From Callorhinchus milii (taxonomy: Eukaryota): DNA of 64,000 bases. The first letter of the stretch is position 1, and each line of letters opens with the position of its first letter. The translations under genes and the position numbers were made by a program. The notes under the pieces are model-generated. The model was not told where the DNA came from. It did no database searches and was given only the letters and a program-made list of their open reading frames with translations. Location of the stretch: the NCBI RefSeq assembly GCF_018977255.1, contig NW_024704743.1, positions 3,970,001-4,034,000 of the forward strand, written 5' to 3'. Shown here in pieces: positions 11,395 through 22,918 of this stretch.

Positions 11395-11585
11395 CGTAGA
11401 ATTATACAGCACAGTAGGAGGCCATTCGGCCCATCGTGTCTCTATGAAAAGAGCTGTCCAATTCAATCCCACTCCCCCGCTCTCTCTCTCCCCACAGCCC
11501 TGCAAACGTGTCCTCCCCAAATAATTTTCTACTTCTCTCGTAAAAGCTGTTATCGAGTCGGCTTCCACCGCCCTTTCAGGCAGGA
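11395..11585 (-). mobile_element. CR1-clade LINE 3' end
   Basis: Remnant translation EADSITAFTREVENYL and tail gatgggccgaatggcctcctactgtgctgtataattcta typical of CR1 3'UTRs. Confidence 0.8.
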
Positions 11586-12124
11586 CGTGATTCCAAGCCC
11601 CACGTCAGGTAATTTGAGCTCCATGTAGGCTGACAGTCCAGTGTAGTGCTAGGGGAATGCTGCATGGTTGGAATTGCCGTCCTTCATCTTAAAGATGTCG
11701 TGGCACTATTCGATGGGAGGTTTTCCCAGTGCGTGGGATAAGAATTTCCCACTTTGGATCTCAACCACACTTCTGTTCCTGTCGTAATAATAATCATAAT
11801 AATAATCCTTGCATTTCATGTAGCGTCTTATCACGTCTTCGAGATGTCTCAAAGCGTTTCACAAAAAATACTGTGAAGTGAATCGACTGTAATTCGTGGG
11901 CGAAACACAACAGCCAACAGTGTCCAGTCGTGGATTATGAAATGAAACCAGCTGGATTGATTGAGAAGCCATTACTCATTAATGGTTAATTACCCTTTAC
12001 AAATGACAAGTTATTAAAGTTTCCGTGGGTCAAAAATTTCTACGGGCCCATGTGTGGACTCCCGTTAGTCTCCTACGGTCGGCCAACACCACGCTGAGTG
12101 GGATCTGGTTGCCGAAAAAAGGGT

Positions 12125-12252
12125 GGCCACTGGTCGTGTTAGACAAGTGGTCGCTGAATAGAGTATTATATAACTTCGGTCTGGACTGTCCCGGGGTGTT
12201 TGTCGCAGGTGGTCGCTGAACAGAAGTGGTTACCTTAACAGATTTAATTGTA
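12125..12252. mobile_element. Tc1/mariner-pogo-type non-autonomous DNA transposon end
   Basis: Subterminal direct repeats gtggtcgctgaa (twice), terminating ...cagatttaattg|TA. Confidence 0.5.
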
Positions 12253-12855
12253 TTTGACCGGAGCGTTGACTCGGCTGTCTAATTCGAGAGGGTTCAGACG
12301 GTCTGCGGAGAGACACAGATCTACTCATTATAAACCATCAGGGCGAGGGGACCTTCTCTTGCGTTAGGGGGCCAGGGACCACCGACGTGCTTACAAGACG
12401 GGAGGCTCTTCCCACGATAAAAGCAGACTTGGCGATGTGGTACCCTCCGAAATCACTCTCGTGAATTCTCTTCCTTGGTTACCGCATGTGAAGCCGTCAA
12501 ACGGGTTGTCGGGATGAAAACATTCGGTGAGGGGTCCCGGATCCAAAGCGCGCTCGTTATATTTTCGCCTGCGTCCCCGATTCCTTATTTGTTACTGGTA
12601 GAAGGCAAAGAAACATGTGGGATTGGGTCCAACATGCGGGTCGGGCTACTAACCCACGGGAAACCGTTCAAATGGCACACACGCGTGACTTACGTTATGC
12701 AGTGAATCGTCAAGGAAGAGGATTGCGTCTGATTCTCAATGTATTGTATCATTCCTTAGTTTATTGTCAGCACTCGCCTGCAATTTGAAAATAACTGGCC
12801 CATTGCGCATTTTAGGCCTCATTGTATTTTTCAGCGGTGGGCCCTTTTTTCAGCG

Positions 12856-13095
12856 ATAATAATAATATAATCCTTGCCTATGATGTAGCGCTTTTCACAT
12901 CTTCTCGACGTCTCAAAGCGCTTCACAGAATATGTTGTAAAGCGAATTGACCGTATATTTGCGGGCGAAACGCGGCAGCCGATTGCGCACAGCAGCGTCC
13001 CCGCAAACAGCCGTGGATTGAGTGACCAAATTATTTTCTACTTATTTCGATGGATATTATTACCCCGGAAAAGCGATCCGACAATCGACTAACAA
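12856..13095 (-). mobile_element. Young SINE, 5'-truncated
   Basis: Reverse of tail and body through aaagcgatccgacaatcgactaacaa. Confidence 0.85.
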
Positions 13096-13599
13096 TATAG
13101 CGGCCCCTTTTGCACACGATGTTGCAGAGTACCGATACCAAACAGCACGGACACGAACATTTATCGCGTCTCCCGGCAATCCAGTTTCTAGATCTGCAGT
13201 GCAGAAGTGAGGGGGGAAAATAATCCACATGACTTCGCTCGCAAAGAATCAATTTTTACTGTCAACACAATTTACTGTCGAATTTTGTGAAGCCTCTTGA
13301 CGTGAAAGGCTTAAATCAATTGTAAGGATTATTTTATTAGCTGATCCAGAGCTTGTTTTTTAATGTAACTTAAACTAAAATAAATAAATAATCTGATGCA
13401 GCTCCGCCAGATGTGATAAGGAGCCATGTCAAGTACCGTTAACCCACCAGCAAGTGCAACAAGTAAGCCCTCAGACGTTGCCCTACATGAAGGGTACTAT
13501 GTAAATGCAAGTTGCTGTTATAATAGTAATAATAGTAATAATATTTAACATGGCACCTTTCGCATCGGGAGGTCCAGACGCAGCAGCCAAATTGGAGTG

Positions 13600-13809
13600 A
13601 GTGACCAGCCAATTGCGCACAGCAGTGTCCCACAAACAGTCACTGATTGAAAATGACCAATTTTATTATTGTTTTTGGTTTTGGAGGGATTATTATTAGG
13701 CTCTGTGTGGAGTAAGGAAACTTGCCCGAGGTTTCGCCCTCTGCCTGGAATTGAACTCAGGTCTCTCACTTACAAAGCGAGTGCTCTAACCACTGAGCTA
13801 CAGGACTCC
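13600..13809 (-). mobile_element. Young SINE, head and body
   Basis: Ends ctaaccactgagctacaggactcc (reverse of the tRNA-derived head). Confidence 0.85.
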
Positions 13810-13859
13810 ACGATGTGAGTTTTCCCCGTTGCTATCTATAGACCCCCCCCATCAGTCCT

Positions 13860-14330
13860 CCTCCTGGGAACTTTTAATTGCAATCTTAGCCCTTCTTTTT
13901 TAAGGGGCACTTAAAGCAAGTCAATCTCACAACCTCCTGATTTGACAGAAGGTGCTCTCTGCTGCTAAAGATGCACATTGCCATTGACTTAGCAGGTGTG
14001 AGAGTCTAACGCTTTGTTGCCACGATGCGGAGTTCTAGTTACGTTAAGTAGCTCGCTCCTAATCTCTCCGAAAGCTGTGTAATAAATTAACAGCTGCACA
14101 TTGATTTTTTATTTTTAACGTCAGGTGATTCATTCGCACCTGATCGAGAAACTTTATAGCTGAGCTATTATTTGAGGTTACAAACATTATAATTAGCAAA
14201 TCTTTAATTGGACTGACAATTAACGGGAGATTTACAGAGCTGCTAATGTGACATGTCTCTGCAGTATTGTGTTAAGCACCGCTTGAATGATTTTTTTCTT
14301 ATTTTTCACTGGCAGTCAGGAAAAAAAAAA
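13860..14330. promoter_or_regulatory. Candidate conserved non-coding element/enhancer
   Basis: TGATTTGACAG (Pbx/Meis-like), AGGTGTGA (T-box half site, 13994-14001), inverted CAGGTG/CACCTG pair (14121-14143) and many TAATT cores; repeat-free. Confidence 0.45.
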
Positions 14331-14642
14331 GCTGCTACTGTTTAAAAGTTTGGGAATGGACGCGGGAGGGGGTGGGTGGTGTGGAAAGGTTTGCAGGAGT
14401 GTTGGGAGGTGATAGAATGTACTATAAAAGTACATTCTGTCTTTTTTGCTCCCCTCCAATTGAGTCAACTCAGTGGGGTGGGGTCGGGGATGGGAGGGGA
14501 GCGAAAGAGGGGAGAAAGGACCAGGTAATTTCTCCTGATATCCTGGCCAATGGTTTCCCCCCCAGACAAAATCAGATAAAATTGCCCATTCACATCATCA
14601 CCAACAACAAATCCTATTTATAAAGCGCCTTTCACTCCATGT

Positions 14643-14980
14643 GGAGTCCTGTAGCTCAGTGGTTAGAGCACTGGGCAGGGCAAAACCTTAAGCAAGGTTC
14701 TTTGCTCCACACGCCTCTGTTTACGTAGGAAGCTGATTGTTAGTCTATTGACGGAATGCTTTTCTGGGGGTAATAATTCCTCCCCAACAAAAAAACAGCG
14801 AAACATTGGTCGCTTCAATCCACGGCTGTTTGTGGGACACTGCTGTGGGCAATTGGCTGCCACGTTTTGCCCACAAAATATACAGTCAATTCGCTATACA
14901 GTATATGCCGTGAAGCGCTTTGAGATGTCTCGAAGACGTGATAAGGGGCTATATCAAATGCGAGGATTATTATTGTTATT
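14643..14980 (+). mobile_element. Young SINE, near full length (internal deletion in head), nested in older repeats
   Basis: ggagtcctgtagctcagtggttagagc...atcaaatgcgaggattattatt. Confidence 0.9.
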
Positions 14981-15803
14981 CACATTTGGGAGGATGTCCC
15001 AAGGTGCTGATGGCTGTTTGTGGGACATTGCCGAATACAACCCGATTTCTTCATTTACCTACAAAATACACCGTCGTTTTGCAGTGAATCCTGTGAAGCA
15101 CTTTGACACCACCAATTTGCGTTTATGTAACGTCGATTATGTAGGGCCTATGGTTGGGCTCCGAGCCTGGGGAGGAAGGGCAAGACAGAAGCACATTCAA
15201 AAAGGTAGGATTTCAGGTGGGATAAGACAAAGGTAGGGGGCGAGACTGAGTGGTAGAAAGAGGGAATTGCAGCAGTGCTATATCATATAATAATAATAAT
15301 CCTTGCATTTGATATAGCGCCTTTTTTGAAGGGATTATTTCCCCCTGAAAAGCGATCCGCCAATCGACTAACAACTGGGTTCCTCCGTACTGCTAGGTAA
15401 ACTGAGGCGTATGGAGTAAGGAAACTTGCCTAAGGTTTTCGCTCTACCTAAGATTTGAACCCAAGTCCTCTCACTTGCGAGGCGAGTGCTCTAATCAAAT
15501 CGCCACAGGACACCACGTAAATAGAAGAAGAAAAGAAAGGAGATGTGTGTGAACGTATGTGGTATATATATTATTTATAAAACCTTTGACTCAGGTGAGA
15601 ATGCTACCACTGAGACAAACTGACACTCAACTATCACACCCAGCAGGGCATTTCAGATCCGAACTACACTGTACACAGAAAATATCTCCTAAGCTGCACG
15701 TTTTCTGGTTTACCAACCAGTTGTCGGTGCTTGCGAGACGCCCGATGTGCTCTGGCACGCGTTTTCAGTGCAGGAGGGAATGGTATGATCCGCCATAACC
15801 AGA

Positions 15804-16515
15804 CAGCAACAATAAGGTTCCATTTATAGAGCGCCTTTCACGTCGGGAGGACGTCCCAAGGCGCTGTACAGTTGGGTCAGGACCCGAGCAGGGGGGAAAT
15901 GGTCAGGGTGAGGGGAGGGAAGGGAGGGAGTGAGGAGGGGGAAATGGTCAGGGGGAGGGAAAGGAGGGAGCAAGGAGGGGGTAGAGAGTCGAGAGGGGAG
16001 CTGAAGGCACGGTCAAAGAGAAAGGTCTTGAGACCGGCCTTGAAAGAGGAAAGGGAGGAGGCCGGCAAAGGCACTGGGGGATAGAGTTCCAGAGCCTCGG
16101 GGCTGAGAGGCTGAAGGCCCGGCCACCAATGGTGGGGGATGTGGAGCAGACTGGAGCAGAGGAACGGAGGGTATGGGCAGGTACATGGGGGGATAGTAGG
16201 TCAGAGAGGTAGGAGGGAGCGAGGCCGTGAATGGCCTTGTAGGTGAGGATGAGGATCTTGAAATCAATCCTCTGGGGGATGGGGAGCCAGTGGAGGCGAG
16301 CGAGGGTGGGAGTGATGTGGTCGCGGTGTCTGGTGCGCGACAGTACACGAGCTGCAGAGTTCTGAATGACCTGCAGCCTGTGGAGGGAGGGCCGGGAAGG
16401 CCGGCGAGGAGAGAGTTCCTATAGTCCAGCCTTGAAGTGATAAAGGCGTGGACCAGAGTTTCAGCAGCGTGAGGGGTGAGGTAGTGCCGTAGTCAGGCGA
16501 TATTTCGGAGGTGAC
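15804..16515 (-). mobile_element. L2 LINE, 5'-truncated, with decayed ORF2 C-terminus
   Basis: Minus-strand translation HLRNIA*LRHYLTPHAAETLVHAFITSRLDY...LQVIQNSAARVL...LHWLPIPQRIDFKILILTYKAIHGLAPSYLSDLL, with a stop and frameshift, plus an L2 tail. Confidence 0.92.
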
Positions 16516-16665
16516 ACACTGCACGTGACACGCTCACTGTCTGTTTGCAGGTCGGAACCAATTCCAGAGAGATTTTGCTATTTTCACGTTGTCTGCTTTT
16601 TATTGGCAGCTGGATTTTTAGGCCAGGACTGATCTTTTAGGATGTTTTTAAAGGGAGGAGTATCC

Positions 16666-16815
16666 ATTATAATAATAATAATAATCCTTGCATTTGATAT
16701 AGCGCTTTTCACGTCAGGAGGACGTCCCAAAGCGCTTCACAGAACACACTGTAAAGTGAATTGACTGTATATTTGTGGGCAAACGCGGCAGCCAATTGCG
16801 CACAGCAATGTCCCA
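16666..16815 (-). mobile_element. Young SINE, 5'-truncated
   Basis: (TAA)n-atccttgcatttgatatagcgcttttcacgtcaggaggacgtcccaaagcgcttcac. Another copy lies at about 17118-17262. Confidence 0.9.
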
Positions 16816-16875
16816 GGTCCATTGATGGACCTGTAGCTGATGGGTCAGTATTGTACCGTCAATCGCAAACCCGCT

Positions 16876-17080
16876 GAGGTCCAAACTTCCACATGGAGTG
16901 CGAATCGGGGAAAATCCTTCAATCCATTTGGATATTTGAAGCTGGCACTCTGTGGGGAGAAAGGCAAGAAAATTCTGAATTGAGACCGAATTTTTAAGCG
17001 CTTTCCCAAAATTCGGCACAATTTTAATTCTTTTAGAAGGCTACGGTCCTAAGATTAAGATTCTACGCAATTTAGGGCCT
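16876..17080 (-). mobile_element. MITE-like element, inverted copy of the 7772-7954 family
   Basis: Ends gaggtccaaacttcc / gcaatttagggcct; interior gaaaatccttcaatccattt is the reverse complement of aatggattaaagaattttcc at about 7902. Confidence 0.45.
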
Positions 17081-17619
17081 TTCACGTCCAATGACCCTGA
17101 TGGTGATGATGATGGTGTTAATAATCCTTGCATCATTGAGACTTCTCAAAGCGCTTCACAGAATATATGATCAAGCGGATTGACTGCGTATTTTGTGGGC
17201 GAAACGCGGCAGCCAATTGCGCACGGCAGCGTCCCACAAGCGGTCGCGAATTTGAGTGACCGCATTCAAGTTGCGCATAAGGCCCGGCTCCAAGTGTTTG
17301 CGTCTGTCCAACGCAGAGTTGATTTCTGGGTCAGCACTGTACGTTGCTAATCACTGATGCGCTTAATGTTCTGATGTTAGAATACATCTGAGCATTACAC
17401 AGTGAACGCCACAGCAGATGTCCTGACCAGTGGCACTGTCTGTGCATGTCCTCCCTCTCCTGCATCCCCATTCCTCAGAGAATCGAGTACAAAATCCTTG
17501 TTCTTACTTTCAAGGCCCTCTTCGGTCTTGCTCTCTACCCCCCCACCACCACCTCTCCGACCTCCTAACCTCATGTCAGTCTGGCTCATCGGCAGGACGT
17601 GAAAGGGCAGACCAGTCAC

Positions 17620-18000
17620 TGGGGGCAGGGAGTCATCCTACTCAGCTCCTGTTAACTCCGCAAGTCGAAAGCCTAATGGGGTAGGGTGTTCCTAGCTTGC
17701 CAGACAGTGCTATCAATTGCAAGCTATGCGGTTTTAGCTGGTTAGACTCCAGCAGTTACCCCCAGCGCACACTCTGGGGTCCCCAACCTTTGGCTCTTGC
17801 CAACCTGCGCCTAATACTCTCTGGAATTAGATAAATCAGGTGTGTCCCTCCAGGATGAAAATGTGCATTCTATTTCCAGATACGGGGAGAATTGAAAGTG
17901 GCGTATATCTGTGGATCTCTGTCTGGTTTGGATATATTTGAGATTGATTCCCCGCCCCCACCACACACACCCCCCTCCATGTTAGACAAGCGTCTGACCC
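17620..18000 (+). mobile_element. Unclassified ~400-bp interspersed repeat, copy 1
   Basis: Core ttggctcttgccaacctgcgcctaatactctctggaatt shared with at least six other loci in the window. Confidence 0.7.
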
Positions 18001-18799
18001 CCAAAATACAGTCATTTAAAAAAAAACTCCCAATATTATGTACCTCAGTATTATTTAATGTGAATTTTACTTCTAAGAATCTTCTAAGAATCCCTGATCC
18101 TTAACACAGTGCCTTATCACTTGGTTGAAATGCCTGGAAGGGTTTCTTTCACAGGAGTTACTGCATCGTGAGGTCCACATACGTGTCGGCGAAAAACAGG
18201 CCGAGCACTAACCTGTTTGAGGGTGAGCCCAGTCATGAATAGTGCAGCACTAAATGGTGCTAACACTCAGCAGAGAGTATCCCTAACTGCATTGACTAAC
18301 CTGCAATCTCTTATCTTGGCTGCTGTGGTAAATAGACTGGCTCAGCTCTGGATTTCAGTCAGTGGGGTGAGGGGAGGGGGTTTAGCTTTGGGCGGTGCAG
18401 GCCAGAGAAGTTTTTAGTTAAAGTTGTCTACCTCTGGTTAATGGACCATTGGGTTCAGAAGCTCGTTTGCTATCGCCTACCAGCAGGCCCTAAATAACTG
18501 TTTTTGCAAAGCTCCCAGATTGCTCGGAGGATAATCTCGCCCTCTCCTGACTGCAACGTTTGAAAGAACGTACGGCAGAGATCGTGTGCTTCCCACAGGA
18601 AGACTTTAGCATTGTTTGCCTAAGTGGTGTTTTTGGCGTTTAACTGTTTATAAGGGTGGGGGGGGTCAAGGATCAAATTCAGTTCCTGTTCACGCAGGAA
18701 ACCAAACCGCTAATGGTCCTATCTGGACAAGCAGCGGGAACCTTTCAAGGTGGTGGTATCAATGGCAAGCTTATGTATCCTGCGCTGGTTACATTTCAG

Positions 18800-19042
18800 C
18801 AGGACCCCAACACAACCTCTGCGGGGCCGCCCAAGCCCAGGATCTTGCCAACCTGTGCCTAACACAATCTAGACCTAGATAAGCAGGGTATGTCTCTCGG
18901 AGAGGGAGGTGAGGGCAGAAAGAGCGCCCATTCCATTCCAAACGGTGGAATTTTCACTCGTCGATGGCTTACCAGTCGTGTTCGGAGTCTCTTAAAAGTG
19001 GTGACGGGGTTTTACACGCGTGTCCAAACCCCCGGCTGATCT
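18800..19042 (+). mobile_element. Unclassified ~400-bp repeat, 3' part
   Basis: tcttgccaacctgtgcctaa...ctcttaaaagtggtgacggggttttacacgcgtgtccaaacccccggctga. Confidence 0.65.
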
Positions 19043-19069
19043 CCCCCACCCCCCCCCCCCCCCCAAAAA

Positions 19070-19440
19070 AGGAAGCGCTGAACGATTCCTAATGGAGCCA
19101 TCAGAACTCGCTCATTGGCTAATGGTTTAATTGGACACATCTGGGTAGCGGAGGGGGGGTGGGGGGCGTGTGGTGGGAGAAAAAACCTTCCCTCGTTCTG
19201 CTGCCGGTTTGCGTGAACGCAGTTTGTCATGCGGCAGCCTAGCGACTCCCAGCCCGGGAAGAGCTTCAGCAAATCTGTCTGACAGCGTAATGGCAGTAAA
19301 TGCCGAGGAAGTGTGACTGCGCATCAGCCCGGCATCACAAGTAGGACATCTCCTCAGCCCCTGGTACCCTTCAAACAACCTCGCCAGGAACGCTGCCAAT
19401 CACGGCCTTAATCCGGATTTAAAACCCTGTCTGATTTGCG
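19070..19440. promoter_or_regulatory. Candidate conserved non-coding element
   Basis: Repeat-free; TAATGG (three times), TTAATTG, TGACAG, CCAAT, TAATCC motifs. Confidence 0.35.
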
Positions 19441-19447
19441 GGGAATT

Positions 19448-19451
<4 letters not shown>

Positions 19452-19491
<40 letters not shown>
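19452..19491. repeat. (TC)n microsatellite
   Basis: Perfect TC run. Confidence 0.95.
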
Positions 19492-19494
<3 letters not shown>

Positions 19495-20204
19495 CTTTTT
19501 TGAAGGGCGCTTGTTCAGACTGTTCTATTTTAACTGTTCTGATAACGCGAGTTTCACGGTCCTCATCTATAAATAACAAGCTCTTCTCTACATGTTTTAA
19601 AAAAGATATATTATTTAGGCTGTGAATTTTTTCCATTCCCCTCCCCCTCCCTATTTTGTTCAGTGACTGATCCCAAAGAGGACGCACACTGAGCCATAAT
19701 TGGGTGTGTTTGGATGCCTTAGAATTGGTCATTCACTTTGTGAGCCTTTGCTGTGCGTAAATTGGCTGCCGTGTTCACCTCCTGAATACATTTTACAGTA
19801 AATCCTGTGCAGCGTCTCAATGACGTAATAAGGTGCAATTTCAAATGATAATAGTAATAATCCTTGCGCCCTTAACGTAACGAACCCAGGTCCTCTCGTA
19901 CGCGAGGCGAGTGCTCTTTCAAGGTTTTATTATCAAGAGGACTTTCCTCCCAACTCTTGGCTGTAGCAAAGTCCAACAAAACAAAGACGCATGACCGGAA
20001 AGACGTCCAGTTTACTGGCCGTCAAATTTGATTGCCATTTAATAGTTCCACATTCCTGAAAGCGACGCTGGAAACCTGGGGAACGCACTTCCACGGAGCA
20101 GACGCATTTAAAACAACAGTACGGGTATGACTTAATTCGCTCGGAAGGTTTTCAAAATAATTATGAATTTATTATTAATAATCCTTGGTGCCGGCCTGTG
20201 ACGG

Positions 20205-20380
20205 GGCGGGAGGAGAATTGGTTAAACGAGACAAAGCGGGAGAAGCGAGAGTGAAACCGGGAAAGGACGGAACTTGAAGGTGGAGCAGAGGAGGGGAGAG
20301 GCGGCGGAGGGGATGAAGTGGTCGACCGTCGGAGACAGCAGAGAGATCGAGGAGAATAAGGAGGCAGAGAGAACGCAAGA
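20205..20380 (-). mobile_element. Internal L2 reverse-transcriptase fragment
   Basis: SLCLLILLDLSAVSD resembles the L2 RT motif LILLDLSAAFDTVDH; frameshifted downstream. Confidence 0.6.
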
Positions 20381-21399
20381 GCAAAGTTAAAGCCGGCTTC
20401 TGCCTTCCTGTTCGGGTGGATGCTAAGGAGTTTGTCCCTCTGTTCAAAAAGGGAAGGGAATTTCTCCCAAATAAAATCGTGGCTGTTTGTGGGGCAACAA
20501 AAAAGTGTTGCTAAATTTCGTTTTGATATGAAAAGCGAGGAATATTATATTTCTAATCTCCCCTTGACTCTTTAAATGACGATCTCGATACCAAACTCTG
20601 CCTTGGTCTACCCAGTGATCAAACAGCGGGAATAATTCTTCACTTCTCTATCCCCCGAAACATTTTTCTTTTTTTTTTCTCTTAGAGGTTTTTATCACCC
20701 AACACAAATCTTCTTTGGCAACAAACCTTAACTGTTCTCATAACAAAAACTGTGAGCGGAGGCGGAAAAAAAAAGAAGAAAGTGTCAGCCTGGCTCAGTT
20801 GATAGGTCTCTCACCTCTGAGTCGGATGGTTTTTGGTTTGGATATGCGGATTTTGAACTCGGTCAAGGCTGATGATCCAATGCAGTGCCCACAAAATACA
20901 CAGTTAATCCACTTTACGATATATTCCCACAGCAGTGTCCCACAAACAGTAGTGGCTTGAGTGATCAAATGTATTTTTGAGGGATTATTTCCCCCACCAC
21001 CCCCTCAATCGAAAGTGATCCGCCAATCGACTAACAACCAGGTTCCCGCTTGCTGTCAGGTAAACGGAGACGTATGTGGTGCAGTAAGGAAACGTGGCTA
21101 AGATTTGGCCCTGCCTGGGAATCGAACCCAGGTCCTCTCGCTTGTGAGGCGAGCGCTCTCACCACCACGCTGAGGGACCTCCTTTCAGAGGAAACTTGAT
21201 GCTTTCGACGGGGGGGAAAAGGTGTGAGAGAGAGAGGATTAAGGGGGGGGTTATGTGGAGCACGAACACTGGCGTAGATTAGTTGGGCCGAATGACCCTG
21301 TTTCAGTGCTGTATCCTTCAATGTAATTCTGGGGAAGGGTGGGGACGGGGGGGGACCTTTCAATCTGAATGGGGTGAGAGGGGGACATTGAGGGGGGAA

Positions 21400-21870
21400 A
21401 AAAGCAGCTGTTGTATATTTTGATACTTTCAATTAAAAATGATTTCCCTATTTCTCCAGTTAATCAGACTGTGAACATTTCCCTTCTGTTTTATATATAA
21501 AAACAATCCCTGTGGTTACTTGTCAAATCATTCATTAAAATTTCCCCGGGGGAAAAAAAAAGTCGCAATGTGAAAGGAACGCTGACTCGACCATAATTGC
21601 AGAAAATGGTCAGACGCAAAGTTAACAATTTTTTAATACAAACTGCGTCTGGAGATTGTGATGGGTGACCTTTAGGGGAGGTTTGTGCAGGTAAATATGT
21701 GGTGAGGCCATAAATCAGTCTCTTTTACACCTGTCACAATCTCGCATCAAACAGCAACCTGCCACATGTGAGGAGTCGTAGCTGCGAGCTAGTTCCAGAC
21801 AGCGACTGAATTGTTGCTGTGTCCAACGCGGCAACAGTGTGAGAATTAAACATAAATATGTAGGTGTCAG
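21400..21870. promoter_or_regulatory. Candidate conserved non-coding element
   Basis: Repeat-free AT-rich block with CAATTAA, TAATTG, CCATAAATCA (Hox/Pbx-like) and CTGTCA. Confidence 0.4.
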
Positions 21871-21991
21871 CCTGGTTCAGCTGACACCTTGAGTCCGAAG
21901 TCGTGGGTTCAAACGTTGGGTCATTCAGCCCAACTTGTACTCGCTCGGTCGAGGTTGGGTTACTGCTGGGAGAGTGCTGTGATGTTATAAT

Positions 21992-22303
21992 TAATAATAA
22001 TAATAATAATAATCCTTGCATTTGCAATAGCGCCTTGTCATATCTTCGAGACGTCTCACAGCGCTTCACGGGATAAAATGTAAAGTGAATTGACTGTATA
22101 TTTGTGGGCGAAATGCGGCAGCCAATTGCCCACAGCAGCGTCCCCACAATCATTCGTGGATTGAGTGACCAATCTTTTCTCGAGGGATTATTAGCAGGCC
22201 TGCGGAGTTAGGGAAACTTACCTGAGGCGTTGACCTGCTGGGAATCGAACCCAGGTCTCTCGCTTGCGAGGCGAGCGTTCTAACCACTGAGCTGCAGGAC
22301 TCC
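21992..22303 (-). mobile_element. Young SINE, near full length
   Basis: Tail (TAA)n through head ctaaccactgagctgcaggactcc. Confidence 0.9.
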
Positions 22304-22304
22304 A

Positions 22305-22510
22305 AATGTTAGGGGTGCCGTTCTTCAAATGAGATGTCAAAACAAGATCCCGTCTGCCTGTGCAGGTTGGCGTTAAAGATCCTCATGGCACTATTGAAAA
22401 AGAGAAGGGAGCTTCTCCCGGTGACTTGGCCCACAGTCCCCCACGTGAAATAGCTCACTCACTCCATGACCTGTTCGTGGGACATTGCTGTACTGCCCGC
22501 ATTCGTCTAC
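22305..22510 (+). mobile_element. Deu-domain SINE fragment
   Basis: ttcaaatgagatgtcaaa...ctgcctgtgcaggttggcgttaaagatcctcatggcactattgaaaaagagaaggg. Confidence 0.75.
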
Positions 22511-22514
22511 AGAT

Positions 22515-22918
22515 AATAATAATTAAAAATGATCCCCGCATTTGATAAAGCACCTTATCACGTCATTGCGACGTCTCAAAGCGCTTCACAGGAGATATTG
22601 TAAAGTGAATTGACTGTGCATTTTGTGGGCGAAATGCGGAATCCAGTTGCGCGCAGCAGTGTCCCACAAACAGTCATAAATTGAGTGACTTTTTTTTGAG
22701 AGATTATTACCCCAGGAAAGCAATCTGACTAATTGACTAACAACTGTGTGCCTATTTCCTCCCGACGTGAAAGGCGCTACACAAATGCAATCTCGTTGTT
22801 GTTAATCAGAGGCGTATGGAGTAAGGAAACTTGCCTAAGGTTTCGCCCTGCCCGGGAATCGAACCCGTGTCCTCTCGCTTGCGAGGCGAGGGCTCTAACC
22901 ATTAAGCTACCGGACTCC
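22515..22918 (-). mobile_element. Young SINE, full length, with a short internal L2-tail-like insert
   Basis: Tail, body and head all present; tcctcccgacgtgaaaggcgct at about 22758-22800 lies in the opposite orientation. Confidence 0.85.

Noticed and set aside
9044..12252. One DNA transposon spanning TA|CAGTAAACGCCGGATAATTCG (9046) to the mariner-like end at 12250
   Set aside because: The two ends are not reverse complements beyond a few bases.
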